Positions 10,551-19,789 of a stretch of 64,000 bases of DNA are shown piece after piece. The position numbers and the translations under genes were made by a program. A model generated the notes under the pieces. The model was not told the origin of the DNA. It ran no database searches and worked only from the letters and a program-made list of their open reading frames with translations. This DNA comes from Planctomycetota bacterium (GTDB lineage: Bacteria; Planctomycetota; UBA8108; SXIK01), in assembly GCA_965223845.1 (NCBI GenBank), contig CBDCXR010000004.1, positions 3,040,001 through 3,104,000 of the forward strand, read 5' to 3'. How positions within the stretch are numbered: position 1 is the first letter of the stretch; each line of letters opens with the position of its first letter.

Positions 10551-11342
10551 ATGAATCGCGCCACGCCGATCCTTTGTATTGCCTCCCTCGTTGCCGCCTG
10601 TTCCTCGTCGGGTGGACCGACCCGAGACTCGCGGGAGCTCTCTCTCTGGTCCTGGAACGTCCTCCACGGAGCGAACGCGGCCGGTGAGCTCAACCTCGCG
10701 GCGAAGGGCGAGTATCTAGCCAGCACCGACGCCGACATCGTTTTTCTGCAAGAAATCGATCACACGTGCGAACGCTCGGGCAAGGTCGATCAAATGGCTG
10801 CGCTCGCGCGCGCGACATCGATGGACGCGGCGTTCGGCGCGTTCATGCCGTTTCAAGGAGGAGAGTACGGGCTCGGGACTCTCAGCGCCGTTCCCGTCCG
10901 GTCGAGTCACGCGCTCCGCCTTCCCGACGGCGACGAACCGCGCGTTGCGCTCTTCCGTGAGCTCGAGGTCTTGGGGCACCCCCTCTTGGCCGTCAACGTC
11001 CACTTCAATTGGACTCGCGACGATCGGGCGCGATTCGCTCAGGCCCGGGCCCTTCTCGACGAACTCGCATCGCGAGGCGCGGCGACGATCGTCGCGGGCG
11101 ACTTCAACGACGTCCCCGCCAGCCGAACGATGCAGGCGTTTTACGAGGCCGGCTTCACCCACGTCGAAGCTCCCGGACCGAGCTGGAACGCAGAGGCGCC
11201 GAGCGTCGACATCGACCACATCCTCATCCGAGACGGCGGAAGGCTGCGCATCGAGTCGCTCGGCGGCGAAGTCGTCGTCGAATCCTCCCTCTCCGATCAC
11301 CGTCCCGTTCGCGGCCGAGTTCGCGTGCGAGTCAACCCCTGA
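10551..11342 (+). CDS. Endonuclease/exonuclease/phosphatase family lipoprotein
   Basis: Lipobox LVAAC; SWNV, LQEID, GDFN, IDHI, SDHRPV. Confidence 0.9.
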   Translation: MNRATPILCIASLVAACSSSGGPTRDSRELSLWSWNVLHGANAAGELNLAAKGEYLASTDADIVFLQEIDHTCERSGKVDQMAALARATSMDAAFGAFMPFQGGEYGLGTLSAVPVRSSHALRLPDGDEPRVALFRELEVLGHPLLAVNVHFNWTRDDRARFAQARALLDELASRGAATIVAGDFNDVPASRTMQAFYEAGFTHVEAPGPSWNAEAPSVDIDHILIRDGGRLRIESLGGEVVVESSLSDHRPVRGRVRVRVNP

Positions 11343-11400
11343 GTGATCCTCTCGTCCGCCACCCATGGACATCGCCCGTTCCCTTTCTTCGAGCTCAACC

Positions 11401-12936
11401 ATGATGATCTCGCCCCGAGTCCTTTGCGCCGTCGTCGCGTTCGCTTGCTTCTCCGCTCGCGGTGAGTCCGCGGAGCGTCCGAACATCGTGTTCATTCTCG
11501 CGGACGATCTCGGCTTCGGCGACGTCGGCTGCTACAACTCCGAGTCGAAGGTCCCCACTCCGAATCTCGACCGTCTAGCCCGCGAAGGGATGCGCTTCAC
11601 CGATGCGCACAGTCCCTCCACAGTGTGCACGCCGACGCGCTACAGCCTCCTCACGGGCCGCATGGCATTTCGAACGGGGATGCGCGGGGTGTTCACCGGC
11701 GTCGGCGGTCCCTGCATGATCGAGGAGGAGCGCCTCACTCTGCCGCAGCTCCTTCGCGACAAGGGATATGCGACCGCGATGTTCGGCAAGTGGCACGTCG
11801 GAATGACGTTCTTCGACAAGAGCGGTGCGCCGATCAACAAGAACGGTCTCGAGGCGGTGAAGCGAATCGACTACTCCCGAGCCGTCCCGGACTCGCCGAT
11901 TCACCGCGGCTTCGACCGTTTCTTCGGAACCGTTTCGTGTCCGACGACCGATTGGCTCTACGCGTACGTCGACGGCGATCGGATCCCCGCACCGCCGACA
12001 GAACTCCTCGATCGTTCCCCGCTCCCGAAGCACCCGTACTCGCGAGACAATCGGCGGGGCATGATCGCGCCGGGGTTCGATCTCGAGCGCGTCGATCTCG
12101 TCTTCCTCGAAAAGAGCCGAGAGTTCCTCCGCTCCCACGTCGAGAAGAAGAAAGACCAGCCGTTCTTCCTGTTTCACTCCGCGCAGGCCGTGCATCTTCC
12201 GTCCTTCCCTGCGGACGAGTTCAAGGGGAAGACGAAGGCCGGTCCCCACGGTGATTTCATCTTCGAGCTCGACTGGATCGTCGGCGAGCTCATGAAGACC
12301 CTCGAGGAGCTCGGCGTCGCCGAGCACACGCTCGTCCTTTTCTCGAGCGACAACGGTCCCGAAGTGACATCGGTGATCCACATGCGGAGCGACCACGCGC
12401 ACGACGGCGCGCGGCCGTGGCGTGGGATGAAGCGCGACCAATGGGAGGGTGGTCACCGCGTGCCGCTCATCGCGCGCTGGCCGGGAAAGGTGCGCCCGGG
12501 AACGACGAGCGATCAGACGGTTAGCCTCACCGACCTTTTCGCGACGTGCGCCGCGATCGTCGGAACGGAGATCCCCCAGAGCGCCGGGGAAGACAGCGTG
12601 AGCTTTCTCCGCGTTCTCACCGGCGAGCAGGGCGACGAGCCGGTGAGACAGTACACGCTTCAGCAAACGATCAGTCTCGCTCTCTCGATCCGGCGCGGCC
12701 CATGGAAGTATCTCGATCACAAGGGATCGGGCGGGAACAACTACCAGCGCGGGAGACTCAAGGACTTTGTCCTTCCGGAGAAGAATCCGGACGCACCGGG
12801 ACAGCTGTACCATCTCGGCGACGACCCCGGCGAGACGACGAACCTCTACTCGAAACATCCCGGGATCGTGCGCGAGCTCAAATCGAAGCTCGACGCGTTC
12901 GTCGCGAGCGGGCGGAGTGCACCCGCACGCAAGTAA
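11401..12936 (+). CDS. Arylsulfatase A-like sulfatase
   Basis: PNIVFILADDLG, CTPTRYSLLTG, GKWH, SDNG; start could be 11365, 11401 or 11404. Confidence 0.9.
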   Translation: MMISPRVLCAVVAFACFSARGESAERPNIVFILADDLGFGDVGCYNSESKVPTPNLDRLAREGMRFTDAHSPSTVCTPTRYSLLTGRMAFRTGMRGVFTGVGGPCMIEEERLTLPQLLRDKGYATAMFGKWHVGMTFFDKSGAPINKNGLEAVKRIDYSRAVPDSPIHRGFDRFFGTVSCPTTDWLYAYVDGDRIPAPPTELLDRSPLPKHPYSRDNRRGMIAPGFDLERVDLVFLEKSREFLRSHVEKKKDQPFFLFHSAQAVHLPSFPADEFKGKTKAGPHGDFIFELDWIVGELMKTLEELGVAEHTLVLFSSDNGPEVTSVIHMRSDHAHDGARPWRGMKRDQWEGGHRVPLIARWPGKVRPGTTSDQTVSLTDLFATCAAIVGTEIPQSAGEDSVSFLRVLTGEQGDEPVRQYTLQQTISLALSIRRGPWKYLDHKGSGGNNYQRGRLKDFVLPEKNPDAPGQLYHLGDDPGETTNLYSKHPGIVRELKSKLDAFVASGRSAPARK

Positions 12937-12957
12937 CTCCGCCGTTCCGAGCTCGCG

Positions 12958-13341
12958 CTAGCGGATCTGGTCGTTCACCGTCTCGACTCCGGCCGCGGTC
13001 ACCCGCAGGTCGAGTCGCCCCTTGCTGTGACGCGCGAGATAACAATCGACGGTCAGGGTCTCTCGCCGGCCGGTCGAATCGGTGAGTTCGATCTTCAGAT
13101 CCGAATCGCTCGTAGCCCGGATCCTCGTGGACACGACGGAACCGGGAGCGATGTTACCGAGGGAACGCGTCGCTCCCGTCGCTCGGAGCACGACGTTCTC
13201 GAGTGCCGCCGCATGGCGATTTTCGATCGACACGAGCACGCCGCCGCTTCGCCACCACCACCACGCGAGCATCGCCACGGCGAAAACGATGAGTGCGATG
13301 CGAGTCGCACCGAAGCGCATCGGGTTCTCTCCGCGAGTCAT
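12958..13341 (-). CDS. Small membrane-anchored hypothetical protein
   Basis: N-terminal TM helix then beta-rich domain; fills the gap downstream of the DUF1501 gene on the same strand. Confidence 0.55.
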   Translation of the reverse strand: MTRGENPMRFGATRIALIVFAVAMLAWWWWRSGGVLVSIENRHAAALENVVLRATGATRSLGNIAPGSVVSTRIRATSDSDLKIELTDSTGRRETLTVDCYLARHSKGRLDLRVTAAGVETVNDQIR

Positions 13342-13371
13342 CCCTCGTTCTTTTCTCGTACGATCGGGATT

Positions 13372-14745
13372 TCAGGCGAAAAGCGGTAGTGGTGCGCCGT
13401 CCGCGATTGGAAACGGTCGCCCGAGCCGGTCGTGGATCTCCGAATCCGGAGGGATCCCGAGAGCGGAGAAGACCGTCGCGAGCAAGTTCGCCGGACCACA
13501 CGCGGCACTCGCCGGGTGCGCCCCGATGCCATCGGAGCTGCCGTACACCTGTCCCCCGCGAATACCGCCGCCCGCGAGCGCGACGCTGTAACACCCCGGG
13601 TAATGATCCCTTCCCGCCGCTCCGTTGATCTTCGGCGTCCGACCGAATTCCGTGAGGAATACGACGAGTGTCTCGTCGAGCATGCCTCTCTCGGAAAGGT
13701 CGTCGAGGAGTGCCGACGCGCTTCGGTCGAATACGGGGAGCATCGTGTTCTTCAGGCGATTGAAGTTGTTCCCGTGCGTATCCCAGTGATCGCCGACCGA
13801 ACCGTTCAAGTCACCCGCCGAACACACCACGGTAGCGAGCGGGACTCCCGCCTCGACGATGCGCCGCGCGAGCAGCATGCTCCTCCCGCAGATGTGATCG
13901 CCGTAGGCTTCGAGGGTCCGCTTCGGCTCCTTCCCGACGTCGAAGGCCTCCCGCACCGCAGGCTCGAGGAGCATGTCGACGGCGAGCTGGCGAAAGTGAT
14001 CGCTCTCGGCGAAGGCGTCCTCTGCGGGTAGAGGCGCTTCGAGTCGGCGGAGAAGCCGAAGGCGTGACTCGAGTCGCTCGGCTTCGGTCGTCAGAGTCGG
14101 ATCGATGCTCGAAGCACCGAGCCCGCGGGACACACCACCGAACGGTTTCCCGCTTTTCGACGAGATGACGATCGGGTCGTGCTCCATGCCGAGCCACCCG
14201 GAGTACTCTCCCGCCTGCAGCGTCCCGTTGTCGACGAGCGGATAAGGAAGGCGCACGGCCGCCGGCAGACCTCGCGGCGCGCGGCGAAACTTCGTCACGA
14301 CAGCTCCGAACGAAGGCCAATCGTCCGCGGAAGGCGGGAGGTTTTGCGCCGTCGTCGCTCGAGGCGGCGGGCGACCGGTCATATTCCAGTACATCGCCTT
14401 CCCGTGCGCGGAGCTCTCGTGGTGCATCGAGCGCACGATCGCGAGACGCTCGGTTTGGCGCGCAAGGAGCGGGATGTGCTCTGAGACGTGGACTCCCGGA
14501 GTAGCCGTTCGAATCGGCCGAAACTCTCCGCGATATTGATCCGGTGCGTCGGGCTTCGGGTCCCAGGTATCGATGTGACTGATGCCGCCCCAACAGAAAA
14601 GGACGATGCACGACTTGGCTCTCGGCGACGCATCGACGTCGCTCGCACGCGCCCGTGACGCGAGAAGCTGCGGGAGAGTCAGCCCCGCCATCCCTACTCG
14701 AAGAAAACCACGCCGGTTCAAGTGGAGCGCAGTGCGATCTCGCAT
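13372..14745 (-). CDS. DUF1501 domain protein
   Basis: LNRRGFL, GGISHIDTWDPKP, WDTH, EFGRTP, GRDH, AGGGI.GG; start moved to ATG 14745. Confidence 0.9.
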   Translation of the reverse strand: MRDRTALHLNRRGFLRVGMAGLTLPQLLASRARASDVDASPRAKSCIVLFCWGGISHIDTWDPKPDAPDQYRGEFRPIRTATPGVHVSEHIPLLARQTERLAIVRSMHHESSAHGKAMYWNMTGRPPPRATTAQNLPPSADDWPSFGAVVTKFRRAPRGLPAAVRLPYPLVDNGTLQAGEYSGWLGMEHDPIVISSKSGKPFGGVSRGLGASSIDPTLTTEAERLESRLRLLRRLEAPLPAEDAFAESDHFRQLAVDMLLEPAVREAFDVGKEPKRTLEAYGDHICGRSMLLARRIVEAGVPLATVVCSAGDLNGSVGDHWDTHGNNFNRLKNTMLPVFDRSASALLDDLSERGMLDETLVVFLTEFGRTPKINGAAGRDHYPGCYSVALAGGGIRGGQVYGSSDGIGAHPASAACGPANLLATVFSALGIPPDSEIHDRLGRPFPIADGAPLPLFA

Positions 14746-14958
14746 CGATCCTCCGCCGGTCGTCTTCACCTCGCTTCGAACTCTCGCGCCGCCCGCGGCG
14801 AGCATCACACGAGCGCTCTTTAATTCTTCGCGCCAGTTCATGATCTCCGCCCGCGGGTCTCGCCGTCAACCTCGGGATCCAAGATCGCTTTTCGACGATC
14901 TTGCGGTTTCCGCATCCACTACAATGACCGCCACGAAAGCTGGGAGAAGGACTCGGAC

Positions 14959-16101
14959 ATGATTCGCGCCCACAAGGCTCTGATGGTGTTGTTCACCGTT
15001 GCGGCGACGCTTGACGTCAATGCAGATCGCGTCGAACTCCGTCGAGTCCCGGACGGTGGAATCCAGCCGCAGGTAGCGCTCGACGCGGAACATCGCGTGC
15101 ACCTCGTGTACTACAAGGGGCAGGACACAGCCGGAGATCTCTTCTACGCTTATTCGGAGAACGACGGCGAGACTTATTCTTCGCCCGCACGGGTCAATTC
15201 GACGCCGAGTTCCGCGATCGCCGCGGGAACGATCCGTGGGGCTCACATCGCGCTCGGACGCAACGGCCGGGTACACGTCGCGTGGAACGGATCGGGACGC
15301 GTGGGCGGGGAGCACGGTTCGCCGATGCTCTACGCTCGCTTTGATCCCGCGACCCGGGCGTTTTCCCGGCAGCGCAACTTGATGACGAAGACCGGCACGC
15401 TCGACGGGGGCGGATCGGTCGCGGCCGACGGCGAGGGCAACGTCTACGTCGTTTGGCACGCGGCGGCGATCGGAGCCCCGCCGGGCGAGCAGCACCGGGC
15501 CGTCTGGGTGGCGAAGTCGGAGGATGACGGGAAAACGTTCACTCCCGAGGTGCGAGCAAATCTGACGGACACGGGCGCGTGCGGCTGCTGTGGGCTCCGA
15601 GCGTTCACTCGCCGGAGGGGCGATCTGCTCATCCTCTACCGGACCGCGACCCGTGTCGTGACTCGAGACATGCACCTCCTCACTTCAAGCGACCGCGCCG
15701 CGAGCTTCTCCGGGAATCGCATCCACGCGTGGAACGTTCCGACCTGCGTCATGAGCATGGCATCGTTCTGCGAAAGCGAACGCGAGGTGTACGCCGCGTG
15801 GGAAACCGAGGAGCGCGTCTACTTCGGCCGACTCTCGCCCGGCGGCGAGCCGATCGCGGTGTCAAGTCGGCGGAAGACCGGGCAGAAACACCCGGTGATC
15901 GCCTCGAATTCGCGCGGCGAGATTCTCATCGCGTGGACGGAGGGAACGGGATGGAAGCGAGGCGGCGCTCTCGCGTGGCAAGCTTTTGATTCTGGCGGTC
16001 AGCCGATCGTCGACGCCGGAGGCACTCGCGATGGGACACCGGTTTGGAGCTTTCCCGCTGCGTTCGCCACGCGCGACGGGAAGTTCGTCGTCGTTTACTG
16101 A
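14959..16101 (+). CDS. Secreted BNR/Asp-box (sialidase-like) beta-propeller protein
   Basis: Asp-box repeats SENDGETY, SEDDGKTF, SSDRAASF; CGCC motif. Confidence 0.7.
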   Translation: MIRAHKALMVLFTVAATLDVNADRVELRRVPDGGIQPQVALDAEHRVHLVYYKGQDTAGDLFYAYSENDGETYSSPARVNSTPSSAIAAGTIRGAHIALGRNGRVHVAWNGSGRVGGEHGSPMLYARFDPATRAFSRQRNLMTKTGTLDGGGSVAADGEGNVYVVWHAAAIGAPPGEQHRAVWVAKSEDDGKTFTPEVRANLTDTGACGCCGLRAFTRRRGDLLILYRTATRVVTRDMHLLTSSDRAASFSGNRIHAWNVPTCVMSMASFCESEREVYAAWETEERVYFGRLSPGGEPIAVSSRRKTGQKHPVIASNSRGEILIAWTEGTGWKRGGALAWQAFDSGGQPIVDAGGTRDGTPVWSFPAAFATRDGKFVVVY

Positions 16102-16149
16102 TTCAAACGAGAAGAACTCTACTCACGTCATTTCACCGGAGCGAAAAGC

Positions 16150-17577
16150 ATGACGAACTACCGATGCATCGGCAGCGTACTGCTCGTGGGCCTATTCGTA
16201 CTCTGCGCGCAGACGGCGACACTCGGCGATCTGGGGGTCGGAGCTCCGGCCGAAGAAGGAGCGACCGTACTGTTTGACGGAACTCGCGAGAGTCTCGACG
16301 AAAACTGGACCTACTGGGAGGGCCCGCGGTTCGCGTCGTCGCTCCCGATCAAATGGAAGATCGTCGACGACCCGGTGGATGATGGCACGGTTCTCATGAC
16401 TCACGATCCGGCCGCGGCCGGGGGCAAGTACGGGACGGCCGACGTCGTCACCAAAAAGAAGTACCGAGACTTTCGTCTGCACGTCGAATTTCTCGTGATG
16501 AAGCCGAGAGGAAACAGCGGAGTCTACCTGCAGAACCGCTACGAGATTCAAATCCTGGACGGTGATCGCTCGAGCCACGGGATGGGCGCCGTGATCAACG
16601 AATCGCCGTCGCCCTACTACGCGTACAACGGCGTCGGCAAGTGGAATTCATACGACGTCGTCTTCCGTGCCGCTCGATTCGAGGATGGAAAGAAGAGCGA
16701 GAACGCGCTCGTCACGGTCTTCTTCAACGGGAAACCGGTTCACATCAACCAGTCGATTTACCGCGTCTGGGGCGGAAAGAACTCGGGAATCGACGGCGGC
16801 AATCAAAACGGCGTCGGCATCACAGACACCCCCGGCGGTCTCAAGCTCCAGTGCGAGGGACACGACGTCCGCTACCGAAATATCTGGATCAAGGAGCTCG
16901 AGCTCGAGAAGCCCGACACGCGATTCGAGCTTCCGACCCACGATGCCGTCACCGGCGCACCGCGGGGCGGCGGCTGGATGAATCGTCACCAGAGTTTCAA
17001 CAAGCGAGTTCAGAAGGGAAACGTCGACGTGATCTTTGTCGGCGACTCGATCACGCAGGGCTGGGAGGGAGCCGGAAAGGCCGTGTGGGCCGAGCGCTAT
17101 GCGCCGCGAAACGCCGTCAATCTCGGCATCGGCGGCGATCGAACGCAGCACGTCCTCTGGCGGCTCGACAACGGCAACGTCCACAAGATCGCGCCGAAGG
17201 TAGCCGTCGTGATGATCGGGACGAACAACTCGCGGAAGAACTCTCCCGAAGAAATCGTCGACGGCGTCACCGCTGTCGTCGAGAAGATCCGGGCGAAGCT
17301 CTCGAGCACGAAGGTCCTTCTCCTCGGCATCTTCCCGCGCGGCGAGCGCTTCAACGATCAACGTGGAAAGATCACTCAGGTGAACCAAGCGATCCAGAAA
17401 CTCGACGATGGCGAGTCGGTCTTCTACCTCGACATCGGTCACCAGTTTCTCGAGCGCGACGGGAGCCTAAGTCGCGAAATCATGCCCGACTTCCTCCATC
17501 TCTCGCCGAAGGGCTACGCGATCTGGGCCGAAGCGATCGAGGAGAAGCTCGCTGCGCTCCTCGGCGCGGACGGCTAA
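16150..17577 (+). CDS. DUF1080 (3-keto-disaccharide hydrolase-like) fused to SGNH/GDSL (PAF-acetylhydrolase-like) esterase
   Basis: LFDG, DF.LHVEF, NSGVY...YEIQI, LQ..G.DV.YRNI; then GDSIT, GIGGD, GTNN, DFLH. Confidence 0.85.
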   Translation: MTNYRCIGSVLLVGLFVLCAQTATLGDLGVGAPAEEGATVLFDGTRESLDENWTYWEGPRFASSLPIKWKIVDDPVDDGTVLMTHDPAAAGGKYGTADVVTKKKYRDFRLHVEFLVMKPRGNSGVYLQNRYEIQILDGDRSSHGMGAVINESPSPYYAYNGVGKWNSYDVVFRAARFEDGKKSENALVTVFFNGKPVHINQSIYRVWGGKNSGIDGGNQNGVGITDTPGGLKLQCEGHDVRYRNIWIKELELEKPDTRFELPTHDAVTGAPRGGGWMNRHQSFNKRVQKGNVDVIFVGDSITQGWEGAGKAVWAERYAPRNAVNLGIGGDRTQHVLWRLDNGNVHKIAPKVAVVMIGTNNSRKNSPEEIVDGVTAVVEKIRAKLSSTKVLLLGIFPRGERFNDQRGKITQVNQAIQKLDDGESVFYLDIGHQFLERDGSLSREIMPDFLHLSPKGYAIWAEAIEEKLAALLGADG

Positions 17578-17679
17578 GCCCTCCCGAATCCGTCGCGCGA
17601 ACGACCGTTCGCCGCGCCGACAGACTTCGCGCATCAAGCGGAACGGCTGCCCCTCGCGGTTACGGGGAGGGTTCGGCGT

Positions 17680-18750
17680 TCACGCGCAGGACCCGCTCGT
17701 CACGCAGCTCAGTCCGTCCGGCGTGGGATCCGGTCCGCACGCGCGCCCCGGACTCGGCGGCGCGGGCCCCTGGCGATACAGATGAAAGAGGAGGAACAAG
17801 GCGTCGGAGACGCCGATGGCGCCGTCGTCGTTTGCATCGAGAGAGCTCGCGCAGACGACGATGGTGTCCACCTGGAAGAGACTGTTCAGGATCACGAGCG
17901 CGTCGGCGAGATCGATCGCGGAATCACCGTTCGTATCCCCGCGGACGAATCCACCCCCGCCGCAATCGACCGTGAGCGAGTACGCGCCCGTCTGGAGCGG
18001 CGTGAACGAGCTCACGAGTACATCGTACGTGCCCGCGGAGAGTGGAAGTTCGAGCGCCGCGGGAAAACCGGCGTCGGCGTCCGGCCTCGTGGCAGCGTCG
18101 ATGGGCTCGCAGTCCGCGCCGATCAATACGAGAAATGGGTCGAACTCTGCCGACCGGAGCTCGAACTGCACGCTTCCCGCCTCCGGGAGCACGACCCGGT
18201 ACCGGTCGAACGATTCACCGTCGGGAAGTCGACAGTCTTCGAGGCTGAGTGTCCCCTCGATCGACTCGCCGCACTCGAGCGCCTGTGACGGACAGATCGC
18301 GCAGGGATCGACGTTCGGCTCGCACTCGAGCGAGAGCTCGTACGCGCCGCGTACTCCCGGGTCCGAATTCGCGACGAGCACTACGTAGGAGCCCGGCTCG
18401 AGCTCTCCGCGAATGCACGCCGAATCGCCAGATTCTCCGCAGCGAGTGCTCGCATCGAGTTCGGTGCAGCTGTCGTCCGTGAGGAAGAGAATCGGATCGA
18501 ACGCTTCGGAACGCACGGAGAGCTCGTAGAAACCGGCGGCATCGATCTCGATCGGCCACGCGTCGAGAAAGACCCCGTCGTCCGGCTCGCAGCCGTTGCC
18601 TAGTTCCCGGACGGCGAGCTGTCCGCACTCGAGTGACCCGACGCCGCAGTCCGCGCAAGAGGTCACCCCACCCGTCGCCGGACGCAGAAAGGCTATGAGA
18701 GCCGCGATGGCGAACGCCGGTGTCGTCGAGCGGCGAACGACGGCGCTCAA
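17680..18750 (-). CDS. Secreted protein with two Cys-rich PPC-like domains and a C-terminal dockerin-like domain
   Basis: Two repeats with S.AFDP/S.EFDP..L, L..G.Y and GAY.L; FVRGDTNGD..DLADA..; TTG start overlaps the stop of the upstream regulator. Confidence 0.7.
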   Translation of the reverse strand: MSAVVRRSTTPAFAIAALIAFLRPATGGVTSCADCGVGSLECGQLAVRELGNGCEPDDGVFLDAWPIEIDAAGFYELSVRSEAFDPILFLTDDSCTELDASTRCGESGDSACIRGELEPGSYVVLVANSDPGVRGAYELSLECEPNVDPCAICPSQALECGESIEGTLSLEDCRLPDGESFDRYRVVLPEAGSVQFELRSAEFDPFLVLIGADCEPIDAATRPDADAGFPAALELPLSAGTYDVLVSSFTPLQTGAYSLTVDCGGGGFVRGDTNGDSAIDLADALVILNSLFQVDTIVVCASSLDANDDGAIGVSDALFLLFHLYRQGPAPPSPGRACGPDPTPDGLSCVTSGSCA

Positions 18751-19658
18751 GACTCAGCTCCTCGACCACGGAGGATCTCGTCGAGCGACACCTCGAACGC
18801 GTTTGCGATCTTCATGAGCGCGCCGATCGATACGTTCTGAGTGCCGCGTTCGATCATGCTGATGAAGGACCGCTCGACGCCAGCGGCTTCGGCTAGATTT
18901 CCTTGGCTCCAGCCCCGTCGCTTGCGGAGGGCGCGAATCGAATGACCGATGCCCGCGAGGTACTCGGACAAGGTCGGCCGCGTCGAGGAGACGCGAAATC
19001 GTTCCGACAGCAAATCGATCGCCTCGGCGAAGTTCTTCGCCCAGAGATCGACGCCCGGCAGTTCGTTTCCTCGCGCGACGAGAGCCGCGACCGCGCGCCC
19101 CCCCACCATCACGGCCGGAGCCTTTCGCGGCGCGGCCACGCGCCGCGTGAGCTCGGCGAGCCCTCCGATGTGTTCGTCCATCGTCACGGAAACCGCGACG
19201 AGGTCCGGCGACCGCTTCTCGGTGAATCGTTCCAGATCAGCGGCCGGGACGTCGCCGCCGAGGAAGTCCACGGTCCAGCCCTCCGAGCGGAGAATTCCCG
19301 CTAGCGCACGCGCACCGAATTCATGCGTTTCCCCCGGCGCCGCACAACAAACCGCGCGGAGTCCCGTGCGTCGGGACGCCGGGAACATCTCAGCGAGGCG
19401 ATCGACGTGGCGCGCACCGATCTCCGTGGAGCGATGCTCCTCCGCGACGGTGATTTGGTTCTCTTCCCACATCTTCCCGATGCGGGCGTGGGCGCGAGCG
19501 AGGATCGAGTCGCAGATGGCGGCGAGTCCGAGGCCGGCGTCGACCGCGCCGCCGAGAACCTGAAAGCCGGCGTCGAATCCACCCGCGAGCAGGGTGTCGG
19601 CGTACCGAATCGCAGTCCGATCGAGGTCCTCGGAGGCAGGGGAGCTGGAGTCATTCAC
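18747..19658 (-). CDS. Cobalamin-binding (CarH-type) sensor fused to C-terminal XRE/HTH_3 domain
   Basis: W-x9-EH (WEENQITVAEEH), PGETHEFG, FLGGDVP, SVT; C-terminal IRALRKRRGWSQ..LAEAAGV.RSFIS.IERG; start GTG 19658 or further upstream. Confidence 0.85.
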   Translation of the reverse strand: MNDSSSPASEDLDRTAIRYADTLLAGGFDAGFQVLGGAVDAGLGLAAICDSILARAHARIGKMWEENQITVAEEHRSTEIGARHVDRLAEMFPASRRTGLRAVCCAAPGETHEFGARALAGILRSEGWTVDFLGGDVPAADLERFTEKRSPDLVAVSVTMDEHIGGLAELTRRVAAPRKAPAVMVGGRAVAALVARGNELPGVDLWAKNFAEAIDLLSERFRVSSTRPTLSEYLAGIGHSIRALRKRRGWSQGNLAEAAGVERSFISMIERGTQNVSIGALMKIANAFEVSLDEILRGRGAES

Positions 19659-19668
19659 GGGCCGAATC

Positions 19669-19710
19669 CTGATTAATAAATTCTTCAGATTGACAGTCTG
19701 ATTTAAATAT
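19669..19710. promoter_or_regulatory. AT-rich divergent promoter region with 17-bp palindrome overlapping TTGACA
   Basis: TCAGATTG-A-CAGTCTGA at 19685-19701 (1 mismatch); TTGACA at 19690-19695; extra CTGATT at 19669. Confidence 0.55.
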
Positions 19711-19789
19711 GGCACAAAAGGGCCGCTGGGGGAAGAGGAATCCCCCCTTTCGTTTCGCTTCGGCCGGTCTGGCCTTCAAGGAGGTTGGG

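Noticed and set aside
17578-17679. Imperfect inverted repeat CCCTCCCG.../...CGGGGAGGG between convergent genes
   Set aside because: Short and mismatched, with no second copy seen; at most a weak terminator-like structure
19715-19789. Possible cobalamin riboswitch next to the B12-domain gene
   Set aside because: Too short and no recognisable B12-box; only a simple hairpin. An Rfam scan would settle it
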